Below are positions 51,901-60,086 of a stretch of 64,000 nt of DNA, piece after piece. Position numbers and translations under genes: made by a program. The DNA is from Octopus bimaculoides (lineage: Eukaryota). How positions within the stretch are numbered: the stretch's first letter is position 1; each line of letters starts with the position of its first letter. The stretch is from positions 50,257,825-50,321,824 of the forward strand of contig NC_068996.1 in assembly GCF_001194135.2 (NCBI RefSeq), given 5' to 3'. Under the pieces are notes generated by a model. It made no database searches. It had not been told where the DNA came from and worked only from the letters and a program-made list of their open reading frames with translations.

Positions 51901-54900
51901 TAAAAGCACCCACTACACTCTCGGAGTGGTTGGTGTTAGGAAGGGCATCCAGCTGTAGAAACTCTGCCAAATCAGATTGGAGCCTGATGTAGCCATCTGG
52001 TTTCACCAGTCCTCAGTCAAATCGTCCAACCCATGCCACCATGGAAAGCGGATGTTAAACGATGATGATGATGATGATGCATTATCTTGTAGCTTTGAGA
52101 TTTTGATGTGGTAATTGTTAATTTTTAGAATGATATTGTAGGGTAGATGTGAGAAACCAGATCTGACCAGTTTGAACATAAAACAGGGAGAATATTCCAG
52201 TTTAAAAGCTAAAGGGTTAAAAAACTTACAATCTCATTGGATAATATGGTTCTTATAAACTGTGTCTGAAAAAAAAATTGTTGGTAGTGGTGGAAGCAGT
52301 ATTATTTCAAAGTAGCATTCTGCATATCTTACTTAACATGAATAGACTATAAAAAGCCACAAAGCTATGGTGTTTGTCTTGTATAGACATATCATGCTAA
52401 AAAGCATTGAAGTGTTTTGGTAGCAGACAAAAAGCACCCAGCACTAGCAGCAGAACTGCTGAATCTAGATTTCTGCATATTTCTGCATGCTTAGACAAGT
52501 CTAGTCTCTACTGATATAGAAAAACAGTGATTAAACAAACACTGGTGTTGCGATTAACTGGCAGGCTGGGTAAAAATTCATTATTAGCAATGAAAGCAAT
52601 ATTGGTTCAGAACAGCATTCTGTATATCTTACTTAATGTGGATATGCTGTAGAAAGTTACAAAACTGTGGTAGAGAGCCTCTCAGTATGGCCATGTCTAG
52701 AATGCCTTTGATTATAGGTTTCTTCTTTTAGGAATGGCAACAATATATGCTATAACTATTAATTAAATTTGTGTCTAAAAAAGATATTAATACTGTACTA
52801 TTAATTAAAGATACATGTAATAGTTCAGTTTTGGTTTTCAGTTTTAGTGACTCCATTTACATTGCATTGACAATGAAGAAAACATGAAGAAAACACACTC
52901 TCATTTTAAACTACTTTATAAATCTTGGTAGTTGAAATGGGGGGAATACATGGGGGGGGGGCGGGAATAACTGTATTAACCCTTTGCCCAAACTGTGTCT
53001 CACATGTGACATACAGTATATCCTTCTCTGGTATTCATGCATCATATATGATTCACATTCCCAAATCTTTTTCAATTTTAACAAGTATATGTAGACTGTA
53101 GCAAGAAATATAGATGGCAGTTTTATATAAAGGCAACGATAAATAGCAGAAAGCAAATGAGTTGTGTTCAAATGAAATACAGTTTTTATTACAGTTTCCA
53201 AACAACACTTAACAAATGTAAATTACAGGAGAAATGAAGGTGTGTGCGAAATATCAGGCTCTAGACATACAGTCCGACAGGAACAACATTTTTAAGACAT
53301 AAATAATTTCAGTTGCACTTACTACAATTTACAGGTTTTCCAAATTGGAGTTAATATCAATTCCATGATACAATACAAACACAAATGTCATAATGCAGAT
53401 ACAAATCTTGCTGGAGAAGCCAATTTCAGCAAACCGGGTAAAAAGATATAATAAACCTCATAGTCAGTTAAAGGAAACGAATGTCAAGTGAAGAACTGGG
53501 CACAATAATTCAGAGTTGCTAAAGGGAACTTAGGCCAGTAGTCATAATGACTGGGAAAGCAAAACAGTAACTTCCCATGTTCTAGCTGAGGCCGACAGAA
53601 TGAGGATCTTGAAAGTATGTTGTTAAAAGTTCAACGTCTTCACAGCAACCAACTCAACTTTTAGTTTTTACACGTGCCTCAGACTTGGGTGGAAGTTGTT
53701 TGGATTTTCACAACGCTAACCTTAACTGGTCAGTGTCTGTCACAAACAACTAACTTGTGCTACAGTAAAAAAATGAATTTATCATGTCTTACTACACAAC
53801 TACCAGAATAACTTGGGACTTATGAAAAGAAAGCTTTATATTACTCAGAATGTATGAAACAAGGAATAACAAAAAAAAAAAAAAAAACCTGAAAACAACC
53901 ATGGACGTTTAGGAGAAATTTACAAAAATGTTTTGGACAGGCAAAGGGTTAAACGTTTTACTCCATTAAGGTTATCAATGTGAGGTAGTGAATGGCTGAA
54001 ACATTAGGTTGTCAGAAATTAACCAAGAAATCAGCAGTTCATGTCTTGTCACTGTCACGACATTGTGTCTCCAACCAAAACAAGTCACAAAACAAGCAGC
54101 CCAGTCTGCTGTGTCCCAAGCAGGTGGCACAAAACAATCAATCACTTAAAACAATAATAATGACCAACCACAGAAAAAGGTTATTTCCAACCAAAAATTC
54201 TGCATATTTCTGCATGCTTAAACAAATCTAGTCTCTACTGATATAGAAAAACAGTGATTAAACAAAACACTGGTGTTGTGATTAGCTGGCAGGCTGGGGG
54301 CTTTGTGTCAGTTGAGAGATTAATGGTACAGATGAGACACATACAAGCATCTTGTTGTAGAGTAGATAGATAAATACTTCAGTTGGAAGAGAAAGGAGAG
54401 TGAGCCAGAGAGCAAGACTGTTTATCTCTCAGCCACCAATAGTTTTAGTATTAATCATCTGAAATCTTGTGATGGAAAAGATTAACAGAGCTTAACTGTT
54501 ATTGTTAATCCAACCAGCCTATACTAATAGATATTCCAGTTCATTTTTTAAAAAATATTAAGCAGTATGTATCTATAATTACATTATCCAGTGTGTCCTA
54601 GTTTTGAAACAATAAGGTATGATTTTAGGGAAATTAATTGCCATTCTTAGCAGGTCAAGATTTCTCCTTGGCTCAAGAGGTTTCCTTTTTGGTTCAAGAA
54701 GCTCCTTCCTCGGCTTGAGTGTCCTCATTTAAGGCATTCAAGAGACTCCTTCCTTGGCCCAAGTGCCCTCATTTCTTTGCTCAATAAGGTTTCCTATCAC
54801 TACTGTAATATATCATAACTTCCTCACAAGTGGCTTGGAGAAGGACCAGCTATAACAAGCTAACTTGCTCCAACCATATCACATGATGACAAAGTCATGA

Positions 54901-57182
54901 TCCTATAATACAAAACATTATGGAAGGACTAAGAAACAAACAAATAGAATTAGGGGACAGAAACTTCTTTTTCTTTTAATAAATCAGCTAAAGGAGGAAG
55001 GACAGAACTGAGAACATTTGCGGAGATTTTCAAAGCTGATGCACCCAGTGCTCAGTTTGAACATCAACAGGAGGTCAATGTAAATAGGTTGCAGTTGGGG
55101 AACACCAGGGGGTTGCAGTTTTGGGGGGGAAATGTTGGACAAAAATATTTAATGTGAGATCTTGCAGGGAATGAAGAGAGTAGGGGAAAATATGTCAGCT
55201 GGACAGGGGTTGGAGGGTGAGTGCAGGTAGCTAGGTCAGTGGTATGTTGCATTAGAAGGCAAAATAGGCAGAAAGAGAAAAACAGTATGTCGGTGGGTGA
55301 AGACTGTTAGTGAGCATATACCTTTAATCAGAGCCTCTCTAGAATCCATATTTTGAGATCTTTCCAAGAATTTGTTTTGTAAGTCAATCTTAATTCTGCA
55401 AGACAACATGGAAATGAATAAATGAATGAATAAATAAATTGAAATAAATAAATAAATTGAAATAAATAGAAATAAATGGAACAAAGAAAATGTAGACAGA
55501 AGATTGGGGAGGAGAGAAAGTTGAGGGTGAGTAATTTCATAAGGGTGTCAGAGGAGGGGAACAGATGGTTGACCTTTACCATTCACAGTATTCTTCCAAA
55601 ATTAAATCTTATTTATTCACATTGTTTTGAATTAATCATGCTTTGTCTCATAGCTATGAGATTTTGATGATGTAACCTAATACACCTGCTTGTTGTTTAT
55701 AAACCTGTCTTTGTCTTTTGCTTTTCTGTAAATTTCAACTATATATANNNNNNNNNNNNNNNNNNNNNNNNNNNNNNNNNNNNNNNNNNNNNNNNNNNNN
55801 NNNNNNNNNNNNNNNNNNNNNNNNNNNNNNNNNNNNNNNNNNNNNNNNNNNNNNNNNNNNNNNNNNNNNNNNNNNNNNNNNNNNNNNNNNNNNNNNNNNN
55901 NNNNNNNNNNNNNNNNNNNNNNNNNNNNNNNNNNNNNNNNNNNNNNNNNNNNNNNNNNNNNNNNNNNNNNNNNNNNNNNNNNNNNNNNNNNNNNNNNNNN
56001 NNNNNNNNNNNNNNNNNNNNNNNNNNNNNNNNNNNNNNNNNNNNNNNNNNNNNNNNNNNNNNNNNNNNNNNNNNNNNNNNNNNNNNNNNNNNNNNNNNNN
56101 NNNNNNNNNNNNNNNNNNNNNNNNNNNNNNNNNNNNNNNNNNNNNNNNNNNNNNNNNNNNNNNNNNNNNNNNNNNNNNNNNNNNNNNNNNNNNNNNNNNN
56201 NNNNNNNNNNNNNNNNNNNNNNNNNNNNNNNNNNNNNNNNNNNNNNNNNNNNNNNNNNNNNNNNNNNNNNNNNNNNNNNNNNNNNNNNNNNNNNNNNNNN
56301 NNNNNNNNNNNNNNNNNNNNNNNNNNNNNNNNNNNNNNNNNNNNNNNNNNNNNNNNNNNNNNNNNNNNNNNNNNNNNNNNNNNNNNTAGGCTTGTCTAAG
56401 GTTGGTCCATATTGATTATATATATTTGCTCTTTTATAAAAATCATTTTTCCCTTTGTGCATGTCGTGACATTTGTACGTATGTTTACCCTGACGAGGGG
56501 GGTCATCACCAGTTTGCACTCTATTGTGTTTAGAATACAGTGGTGTACCCCCGAAATGGCCATAGGTGTTGTATATGGTTTTCGTCAAATTGATTTTACT
56601 GATTGATACCTGCTGGGTGCTGTAATTGTATTTCGACCCATGTGTTGTGAACTTTTTGGACATGGTGAGCGGAATTAAATTTTACATGTTTTATCTGCTG
56701 ATACCTGCTGGGTGCCTGTTATTCACTCTTGTATATACCAAACTGGTGCAGACTTGCCTATTGGTGTCTATTGTTTTTGAGTTGTAAAATGTGCCCGAGG
56801 GAGATGAAGAACTTTGAGCTTTAACTCTAAATGGTGTTAAATCATTTCTGTCCTTGATTTTTAACCGATAGACTACTTTATGGTACCTCATTTCTTTATT
56901 TCATTTTATTTTATATTGACCTATATTATATTATATATTTGAAATTTTTATTCCTTTTATTCGTATTAATTTTTATTCGTATTAATTTTAACTTCTATGA
57001 ATTGATATTTACGTGTATTGTATTATACCTTTAACTCAATTTTTTTCATTTGCATGTTATCGGTTGAAACAATATATTCGTGTATAAAATTTTATACTAT
57101 ATGTTCTATATTTCTTATTCTTTTATTTCTTATTTCTTCTTACGTTATTTTTCTTGCGTTATATCTTCTTATNNNNNNNNNN

Positions 57183-57230
<48 letters not shown>

Positions 57231-58848
57231 CATACATCCACATATACATATATATACACACATACACAGACACACAAGCACACATCCACATATATTTATA
57301 CGTATGTGTGTGTGTGGGGTGGCTTGTTTCACTAACACACACATATGCACATTGGGCGAATACAATTTCCATCTAAGAAATTTCCTTTATATGCCATTAA
57401 AGTCAGCCTGAGATGCTATTCTAGATACATTTTTATTTTATTTCATGTGCATGCACATTTGTGTAACATTTCACAATTATTATCAAACATATAACTAAAA
57501 GTTGTCTTACTTAAAAACTTCATTGTCAATTCTTTGTTGGTAATCAGCTTCGATGCGATTAGCTTCATTCAGTTTTTGCTTCAAAACTTCTTCTTGACAC
57601 TTCAGTCTTTCTTGATCCAAGGTTTTCTCTCTATTTTGATAATAATAAAAAAAAAGATATATATATATACTCACACACAAAAACACTCACACACACAAAC
57701 ACATACACTCTCACTTTTCCCTCCATTCCTCACCCTCTTTTACTATCCTACATATCTCTCTCCCCCCCTACACATTCAATAATACTATAAAAAGAGACAT
57801 CCTCTGAAAGTGAAATCATATTTGAAAAACCTACAAGAATAGGTGCAAGCGCTAATATTTATAAAACATGTGACATATTAATAAAAATCTGTAAATGTAC
57901 AACCATCCAAATATCTGAGTACCTTATTATTTTTTCTAATATATAATTCCTGTACATCACCTCCAAACCTTCATATATATATATATATATATATATAAAA
58001 GTAAATATATGAAGCATTATTACTGTTAATAATATATATATNNNNNNNNNNNNNNNNNNNNNNNNNNNNNNNNNNNNNNNNNNNNNNNNNNNNNNNNNNN
58101 NNNNNNNNNNNNNNNNNNNNNNNNNNNNNNNNNNNNNNNNNNNNNNNNNNNNNNNNNNNNNNNNNNNNNNNNNNNNNNNNNNNNNNNNNNNNNNNNNNNN
58201 NNNNNNNNNNNNNNNNNNNNNNNNNNNNNNNNNNNNNNNNNNNNNNNNNNNNNNNNNNNNNNNNNNNNNNNNNNNNNNNNNNNNNNNNNNNNNNNNNNNN
58301 NNNNNNNNNNNNNNNNNNNNNNNNNNNNNNNNNNNNNNNNNNNNNNNNNNNNNNNNNNNNNNNNNNNNNNNNNNNNNNNNNNNNNNNNNNNNNNNNNNNN
58401 NNNNNNNNNNNNNNNNNNNNNNNNNNNNNNNNNNNNNNNNNNNNNNNNNNNNNNNNNNNNNNNNNNNNNNNNNNNNNNNNNNNNNNNNNNNNNNNNNNNN
58501 NNNNNNNNNNNNNNNNNNNNNNNNNNNNNNNNNNNNNNNNNNNNNNNNNNNNNNNNNNNNNNNNNNNNNNNNNNNNNNNNNNNNNNNNNNNNNNNNNNNN
58601 NNNNNNNNNNNNNNNNNNNNNNNNNNNNNNNNNNNNNNNNNNNNNNNNNNNNNNNNNNNNNNNNNNNNNNNNNNNNNNNNNNNNNNNNNNNNNNNNNNNN
58701 NNNNNNNNNNNNNNNNNNNNNNNNNNNNNNNGTTGTGTCAGTTGAGAGATTAAAGGTATAGATGAGACACATACAAGCATCTTGTTATAGAGTAGATAGA
58801 TAAATACTCCAGTTGGAAGAGAAAGGAGAGTAAGTCAGAGAGTAAGAC

Positions 58849-58898
<50 letters not shown>

Positions 58899-58906
58899 TG
58901 TATATA

Positions 58907-58939
<33 letters not shown>

Positions 58940-59216
58940 GCATGCACATTATGACAATTTTATAAACTTTCGAGAGAGTGTGAAATAATTCTTGTTTGAA
59001 ATAGATCTTAAAGAACATGCATAAAGCTATAAACAATAGCTAAAATAACCATTTTGAATAAAAAAAATAAAAAAGGTTTTCAACTTTTTCTATCCAAAAT
59101 GATTTTCAAACCAATATTTGCATGCTATTATTTGCAGCTAAATATGAAAACATAACCTCCTTCCTTGGCAGAGGTAACAATATATGGTAGCAAAATTTTA
59201 GAAATTTCACTACCTA

Positions 59217-59255
<39 letters not shown>

Positions 59256-60086
59256 AAATTTTGAATTGTACAACGTTTTACTTTGAGACTAAAAAAAATA
59301 TTATTTCATATATAGTTAAGTGTATAATCTAACGTATAGTTAAAACATTTCCCAGAAATATTCCTGTCCTTTCCTCTTCAGCATCGACTCACACCTGGAG
59401 TTGAGATGTGTTGAATCTTTTACTTGATCTTTCACTGTAGGAGTGTGTTGCTAATTCAAAGTTTGAGACAAAAGATCAAGAGAAAATAAAAGATTGAAGT
59501 GGTAACAAGCAGCAGCAGCAGCAGCAGCAGCAGCTTGTCTTGTAGATCAGTGCACAAGTCTTTGGTTGGCATAATGCTATAGTAGAAGATGCTTGTCCAA
59601 ATGCAGTGAGCTCGCAGAAACGTTAGCACTTTCCTGATGCTTATCACTTTACAGACTGTACTGGGTACTTTATATTTATAATATGATGGGTTTCTTTTAT
59701 TTTCTGTTTAGAAAATCCACTCACAAGGCTTTGGTTGGCCTGGGGCTATAGTAGAAGATACTTGCACAAGGTGTCATGCAGTGGGACTGAACCTGGAAGC
59801 ATGTGGTTGGGAAGCTAACTTCTTACTATATAAACACACCTGTGACTGCTGTTAAAAATACATTGTTAGAAATCTGTCTTTCATGCAAATCAAAGGCAGG
59901 ACGTATTCACAAAACCCATGATATAAAGCATCAATCACCCATTAAACTTTATTCAAATAAATGATTTTGGTTTGTTTACCTGTTTGCCATTTCCATCATC
60001 TTTGTAAGTTCGGATTCCTTCTGGCGTAATTTATTGACTTCTTCCAGTAAAGCCTGCCTTTGCTGGTAAGTGTCTTTCTGTTGTAT
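7272..60086 (-). CDS. OFD1: OFD1-like centriolar/ciliary coiled-coil protein, 3' part (20 coding exons, 2214 nt, 737 aa + stop; 5' exons outside window)
   Basis: Manually spliced exons join GT-AG with consistent phases and no internal stop. Peptides IQQKDTYQQRQALLEEV, RIEADYQQRIDNEVFK, ATKHNDFLNAKLRDMIDYSTIKE, NLKHGFQHF, LSSTP and terminal DEDPFKSW* align in order with remembered human OFD1 motifs ([64 protein letters not shown], DDSW*). Confidence 0.88.
9095..10369 (+). mobile_element. RTE-clade LINE, 5'-truncated: RT C-terminus, ~470-nt 3' UTR, (GAT)n tail
   Basis: YLGDQ, KGRLYNAC, RRLHWYGYV and GRGRPRKIW motifs run directly into the 3' UTR that is dispersed across the window. Confidence 0.9.
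10744..10978. repeat. Inverted repeat, ~100-bp arms, 33-nt spacer, PLE/HHR-derived
   Basis: 10744-10843 is the reverse complement of 10877-10978 with a handful of mismatches. Confidence 0.9.
10886..10946 (+). ncRNA. Type I hammerhead ribozyme in palindrome arm (predicted)
   Basis: GAUAA-CUGAAGA-GAUGUUGG...CUGGCAUC-C-GAAA-CUC-G-GAG-UU-UUAUC: helix I 5 bp perfect, helix III 4 bp, one extra C before G12. Confidence 0.55.
11079..11125 (-). CDS. OFD1: OFD1 penultimate exon, EESVIESLSQSIMTN(S), phase 0 to 2
   Basis: aatttcag acceptor, gtagaa donor, 47 nt; weakly resembles vertebrate EGSLVDTL. Confidence 0.7.
14008..14255 (-). mobile_element. tRNA-derived SINE family C, representative (others 35182-35410, 32905-33112, 25475-25690, 44160-44395, 21080-21220, 23370-23510)
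   Basis: gagctggcagaaacgttagcatg A-box-like, gagttcaaattcc B box, central gactttgcctttcatcctttcggggtcgataaattaagtacc. Confidence 0.85.
15785..15907 (-). CDS. OFD1: OFD1 exon, IPEPENVTNSARAIEKEEVAEIISEKSNKDEDSNLIASEIM, phase 0 to 0
   Basis: tttcaaag acceptor; gtttgt donor chosen for phase, so the 3' boundary is less certain; 123 nt. Confidence 0.72.
17219..17298 (-). CDS. OFD1: OFD1 exon, (D)DDTPLEVPETKAETAPVPQMPDSSHK, phase 1 to 0
   Basis: atttccag acceptor, gtatga donor, 80 nt. Confidence 0.82.
17626..17866 (+). mobile_element. tRNA-Arg-derived SINE with hammerhead-like tail, copy 3
   Basis: gggcatatggcatagtgg A box, gagtttaattcc B box; CTGATGA and GAAAC present but the GTT triplet is missing. 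Confidence 0.8.
18224..18506. mobile_element. Solo LTR-like insertion (283 bp)
   Basis: TGTGGTG...CACCACA termini and perfect 5-bp TSD ATGCT (18219-18223, 18507-18511); GC-rich. Confidence 0.8.
19013..19416 (-). mobile_element. tRNA-derived SINE family B, representative full copy (others include 16575-16941, 25759-26148, 45645-46410, 7490-7820, 30600-31500, 45045-45380, 59690-59830)
   Basis: Head aggagtggctgtgtggtaag...gggttcagtccc; CORE-like ccttgggcaagtgtctt; central (TA/TG)n; tail ctccagcatggccacagtcaaatgactgaaac. Confidence 0.85.
19730..19880 (+). mobile_element. Decayed RTE-like RT C-terminal fragment
   Basis: TLHDRMHSSEIRES..VELLLLHIERSQ..EHVIRM. Confidence 0.5.
20363..20580 (+). mobile_element. 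mariner-like non-autonomous element end
   Basis: ta-cacgaggaggtactgaatagttcctggc resembles mariner TACGAGGG..GAAAAGT termini. Confidence 0.5.
20692..20982 (-). CDS. OFD1: OFD1 exon, (D)YGENGEIFKTRKLSHTSETMDR...VISLDDAWRSSRITK, phase 1 to 1
   Basis: taacacag acceptor, gtacct donor, 291 nt open frame. Confidence 0.82.
21630..22115 (-). mobile_element. R4/Dong-type non-LTR retrotransposon 3' end (restriction-like endonuclease)
   Basis: WDFPIQTD, KYEIAWIWKMKKVKIVPIIVGSLG, ELLQKVCLLGTARIIRKVL; frameshifted. Confidence 0.8.
22664..22779 (-). CDS. OFD1: OFD1 exon, SDDERGHEDEIIQTLDEPILQDLHISNDNLNSNSERKT, phase 2 to 1
   Basis: tttttag acceptor, weak gtctct donor, 116 nt; phases fit both neighbours. 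Confidence 0.78.
23640..23930 (+). mobile_element. Decayed PLE GIY-YIG endonuclease remnant
   Basis: ORF 23670..23927 with ETSR, HAKEQH, QIQESV and PILNSK motifs typical of the PLE endonuclease. Confidence 0.55.
24698..24782 (-). CDS. OFD1: OFD1 exon, (D)HRDVGIPLPGLDISNLSGEEGDRTKYI(K), phase 1 to 2
   Basis: long poly-T tract + gtttcag acceptor, gtaagt donor, 85 nt. Confidence 0.85.
26271..26375 (-). CDS. OFD1: OFD1 exon, (D)SNSDSDDVLTPDCQSLKTLSSTPRKKLYQSARRK, phase 1 to 1
   Basis: ctctctatag acceptor, gtgagt donor, 105 nt; contains LSSTP. Confidence 0.87.
26727..27195. mobile_element. MITE-like element with ~100-bp imperfect TIRs
   Basis: catacctacaca..gactttgtttctttataac..cagatgg mirrored at 27095-27195; partial third copy ~26990-27030. 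Confidence 0.65.
27978..28306. repeat. Near-perfect palindrome, ~158-bp arms, 13-nt loop
   Basis: Only two mismatches seen between the arms; each arm has CTGAAGA-A-GGAAT-TGT-ATTCT-GAAA-T-ATC. Confidence 0.95.
28387..28540 (-). CDS. OFD1: OFD1 exon, NLKHGFQHFRSQLCRYPNLDPISPPSVKVEKKKTDNSRNILKKKKVIHSCS, phase 0 to 1
   Basis: ctttccag acceptor, gtaaag donor, 154 nt. Confidence 0.87.
29504..29940 (-). mobile_element. Penelope-like element 3' remnant (GIY-YIG C-terminus, 3' UTR, mutated HHR)
   Basis: ORF 29718..29936 (KIIEHPGPYINGSGCCKICIAERTKI...CIHFKH) fits the PLE endonuclease C-terminal CxxC...LN.R.E...C.H pattern. Confidence 0.75.
30070..30513 (+). mobile_element. Penelope-like element 3' remnant, inverted partner of the 29504-29940 copy
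   Basis: DIKWKIVQHPGPFVNGSGCCKICTAERTKIL*NYTKPGALNSRREIFSKCVHFKH; ends at tagagtCTGATGAgctgtccacaag. Confidence 0.78.
32085..32376 (-). CDS. OFD1: OFD1 exon, SDANSEIPCNKPVLLHGG...DDTSRVIRDTKYQSEMLEKDTK, phase 2 to 0
   Basis: gtcttag acceptor, gtaagt donor, 292 nt, open frame matches ORF track 32034..32339. Confidence 0.87.
34556..34601 (-). CDS. OFD1: OFD1 exon, (A)LHQEITRKAEKVYF(R), phase 1 to 2
   Basis: poly-T+cag acceptor, gtaagt donor, 46 nt. Confidence 0.87.
34838..35065. repeat. (TAG)n microsatellite; many (TA)n, (CA)n, (CAT)n and (AAT)n tracts elsewhere
   Basis: Direct reading. Confidence 0.95.
36025..36313 (+). mobile_element. tRNA-Arg-derived SINE with hammerhead-like tail, copy 4
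   Basis: Head gggcatatggcgtagtgg...aagattccgagttcaattccaggctg resembles tRNA-Arg(ACG); long (AAT)n; core CTGAAGA..GGAAT (mutated). Confidence 0.8.
37441..37952. mobile_element. Tc1/pogo-like MITE (second copy 61216-61742)
   Basis: TA-CAGTAATCCCT ... AGGGATTACTG-TA. Confidence 0.8.
38978..39230. repeat. Decayed inverted repeat with HHR-like CTGAAGAAGG motif
   Basis: 39006-39084 pairs with 39118-39200 with moderate divergence; outer ends gagttgc/gcaactc. Confidence 0.75.
39920..40031 (-). CDS. OFD1: OFD1 exon, MNKNKELFLKTTSQSQQIQDLNLKNSELQTNLMLAEK, phase 0 to 1
   Basis: tctttgcag acceptor, gtaatt donor, 112 nt. Confidence 0.9.
40820..41122 (-). mobile_element. tRNA-derived SINE family D (others 3170-3400, 34411-34537)
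   Basis: gaaggcacatggctcaatggttagag A box, gagttcgattccc B box, tgtgttcttgagcaagacacttt domain. Confidence 0.8.
41389..41541. mobile_element. Short MITE nested in an RTE 3' UTR copy
   Basis: 14-bp TIR tagcatagctagag/ctctagctatgcta; no clear TSD. Confidence 0.55.
41950..42100 (+). mobile_element. Short RTE RT C-terminal fragment
   Basis: Near-identical to 9555-9700. Confidence 0.8.
42202..42353 (-). CDS. OFD1: OFD1 exon, QEEMAKDIYKLNQEIMIAKQNSERCRFDVKQEKVVYEEFKEKLDSRLQEE, phase 1 to 0
   Basis: ctccacag acceptor, gtatgt donor, 152 nt. Confidence 0.9.
44923..44966 (-). CDS. OFD1: OFD1 exon, LHAETIRKKEELLA(R), phase 2 to 1
   Basis: tttcaacag acceptor, gtaagt donor, 44 nt; supplies the phase change needed between neighbours. 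Confidence 0.87.
46740..46880 (+). mobile_element. Possible decayed PLE GIY-YIG N-terminal remnant
   Basis: YKCPRLGCMAHV... resembles the VYxxxCxxCxxxYIG region; frameshifted. Confidence 0.35.
46977..47044 (-). CDS. OFD1: OFD1 exon, MIDYSTIKEQNAVLKNELETEK(L), phase 0 to 2
   Basis: ttcttcctcag acceptor, gtaagt donor, 68 nt. Confidence 0.9.
48815..48892 (-). CDS. OFD1: OFD1 exon, TAIQEARHKEITATKHNDFLNAKLRD, phase 0 to 0
   Basis: aatttag acceptor, gtatgt donor, 78 nt (26 aa). Confidence 0.9.
49585..50910 (-). mobile_element. RTE-clade LINE fragment (APE endonuclease and linker into RT), decayed
   Basis: GYGTRNEE..RLLEFC..NLLICNTNF, SQIDFIL, PHHRLVINDF, MKTGKVPGPSGIT. Confidence 0.9.
51337..51428 (-). 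CDS. OFD1: OFD1 exon, (V)HELRNKEEKEKFQLMKEDNDRKHNRINELE, phase 1 to 0
   Basis: ttgatag acceptor, gtatgt donor, 92 nt. Confidence 0.87.
51512..52220 (-). mobile_element. Second TTAA MITE family, interrupted by an RTE 3' UTR (other copies 6640-7010, 11172-11646, 12185-12465, 55568-55675)
   Basis: TTAACC(C/T)TT / AAGGGTTAA termini; shared body gcttatttattcacattgttttgaattaatcatgcattatc. Confidence 0.75.
51576..52079 (+). mobile_element. RTE 3'-UTR-only copy, representative of >25 in the window (e.g. 1128-1425, 12601-13050, 14600-14997, 31565-32030, 40140-40563, 43557-43895, 60427-60745)
   Basis: ggaagggcatccagctgtagaaac...caacccatgc..gcatggaaagcggacgttaaac(gat)n; same as the tail of the LINE at 9095-10369. 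Confidence 0.9.
52980..53948. mobile_element. piggyBac-like internally deleted element
   Basis: TTAA-CCCTTTGCC ... GGCAAAGGG-TTAA; decayed LCYSKK...YY..PGL-like remnant near 53750-53850. Confidence 0.6.
55322..55395 (-). CDS. OFD1: OFD1 exon, IKIDLQNKFLERSQNMDSREALIK, phase 2 to 1
   Basis: tcttgcag acceptor, gtatat donor, 74 nt. Confidence 0.87.
56486..56569 (+). ncRNA. Type I hammerhead ribozyme in PLE-like terminal sequence (predicted)
   Basis: UUACC-CUGACGA-G-GGGGGU...ACCCCC-GAAA-UGGCCA-UA-GGUG: full core, palindromic helix III AUGGCCAU, AUA cleavage triplet. Confidence 0.72.
57511..57630 (-). CDS. OFD1: OFD1 exon, EKTLDQERLKCQEEVLKQKLNEANRIEADYQQRIDNEVF(K), phase 2 to 2
   Basis: aaatag acceptor, gtaaga donor, 120 nt. 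Confidence 0.88.
59980..60086 (-). CDS. OFD1: OFD1 exon, IQQKDTYQQRQALLEEVNKLRQKESELTKMMEMAN(R), phase 0 to 2
   Basis: ttccag acceptor, gtaaac donor, 107 nt. Confidence 0.9.

Larger units (their letters stand above)
32507..58731. other. Assembly gaps (N runs) at ~32507-32884, 33776-34410, 43367-43556, 55748-56386 and 58042-58731 (also 5731-5830, 20200-20313, 61504-61716), mostly flanked by (TA)n
   Basis: Direct reading; the ORFs with poly-X in the track are artefacts of these gaps. Confidence 0.99.
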
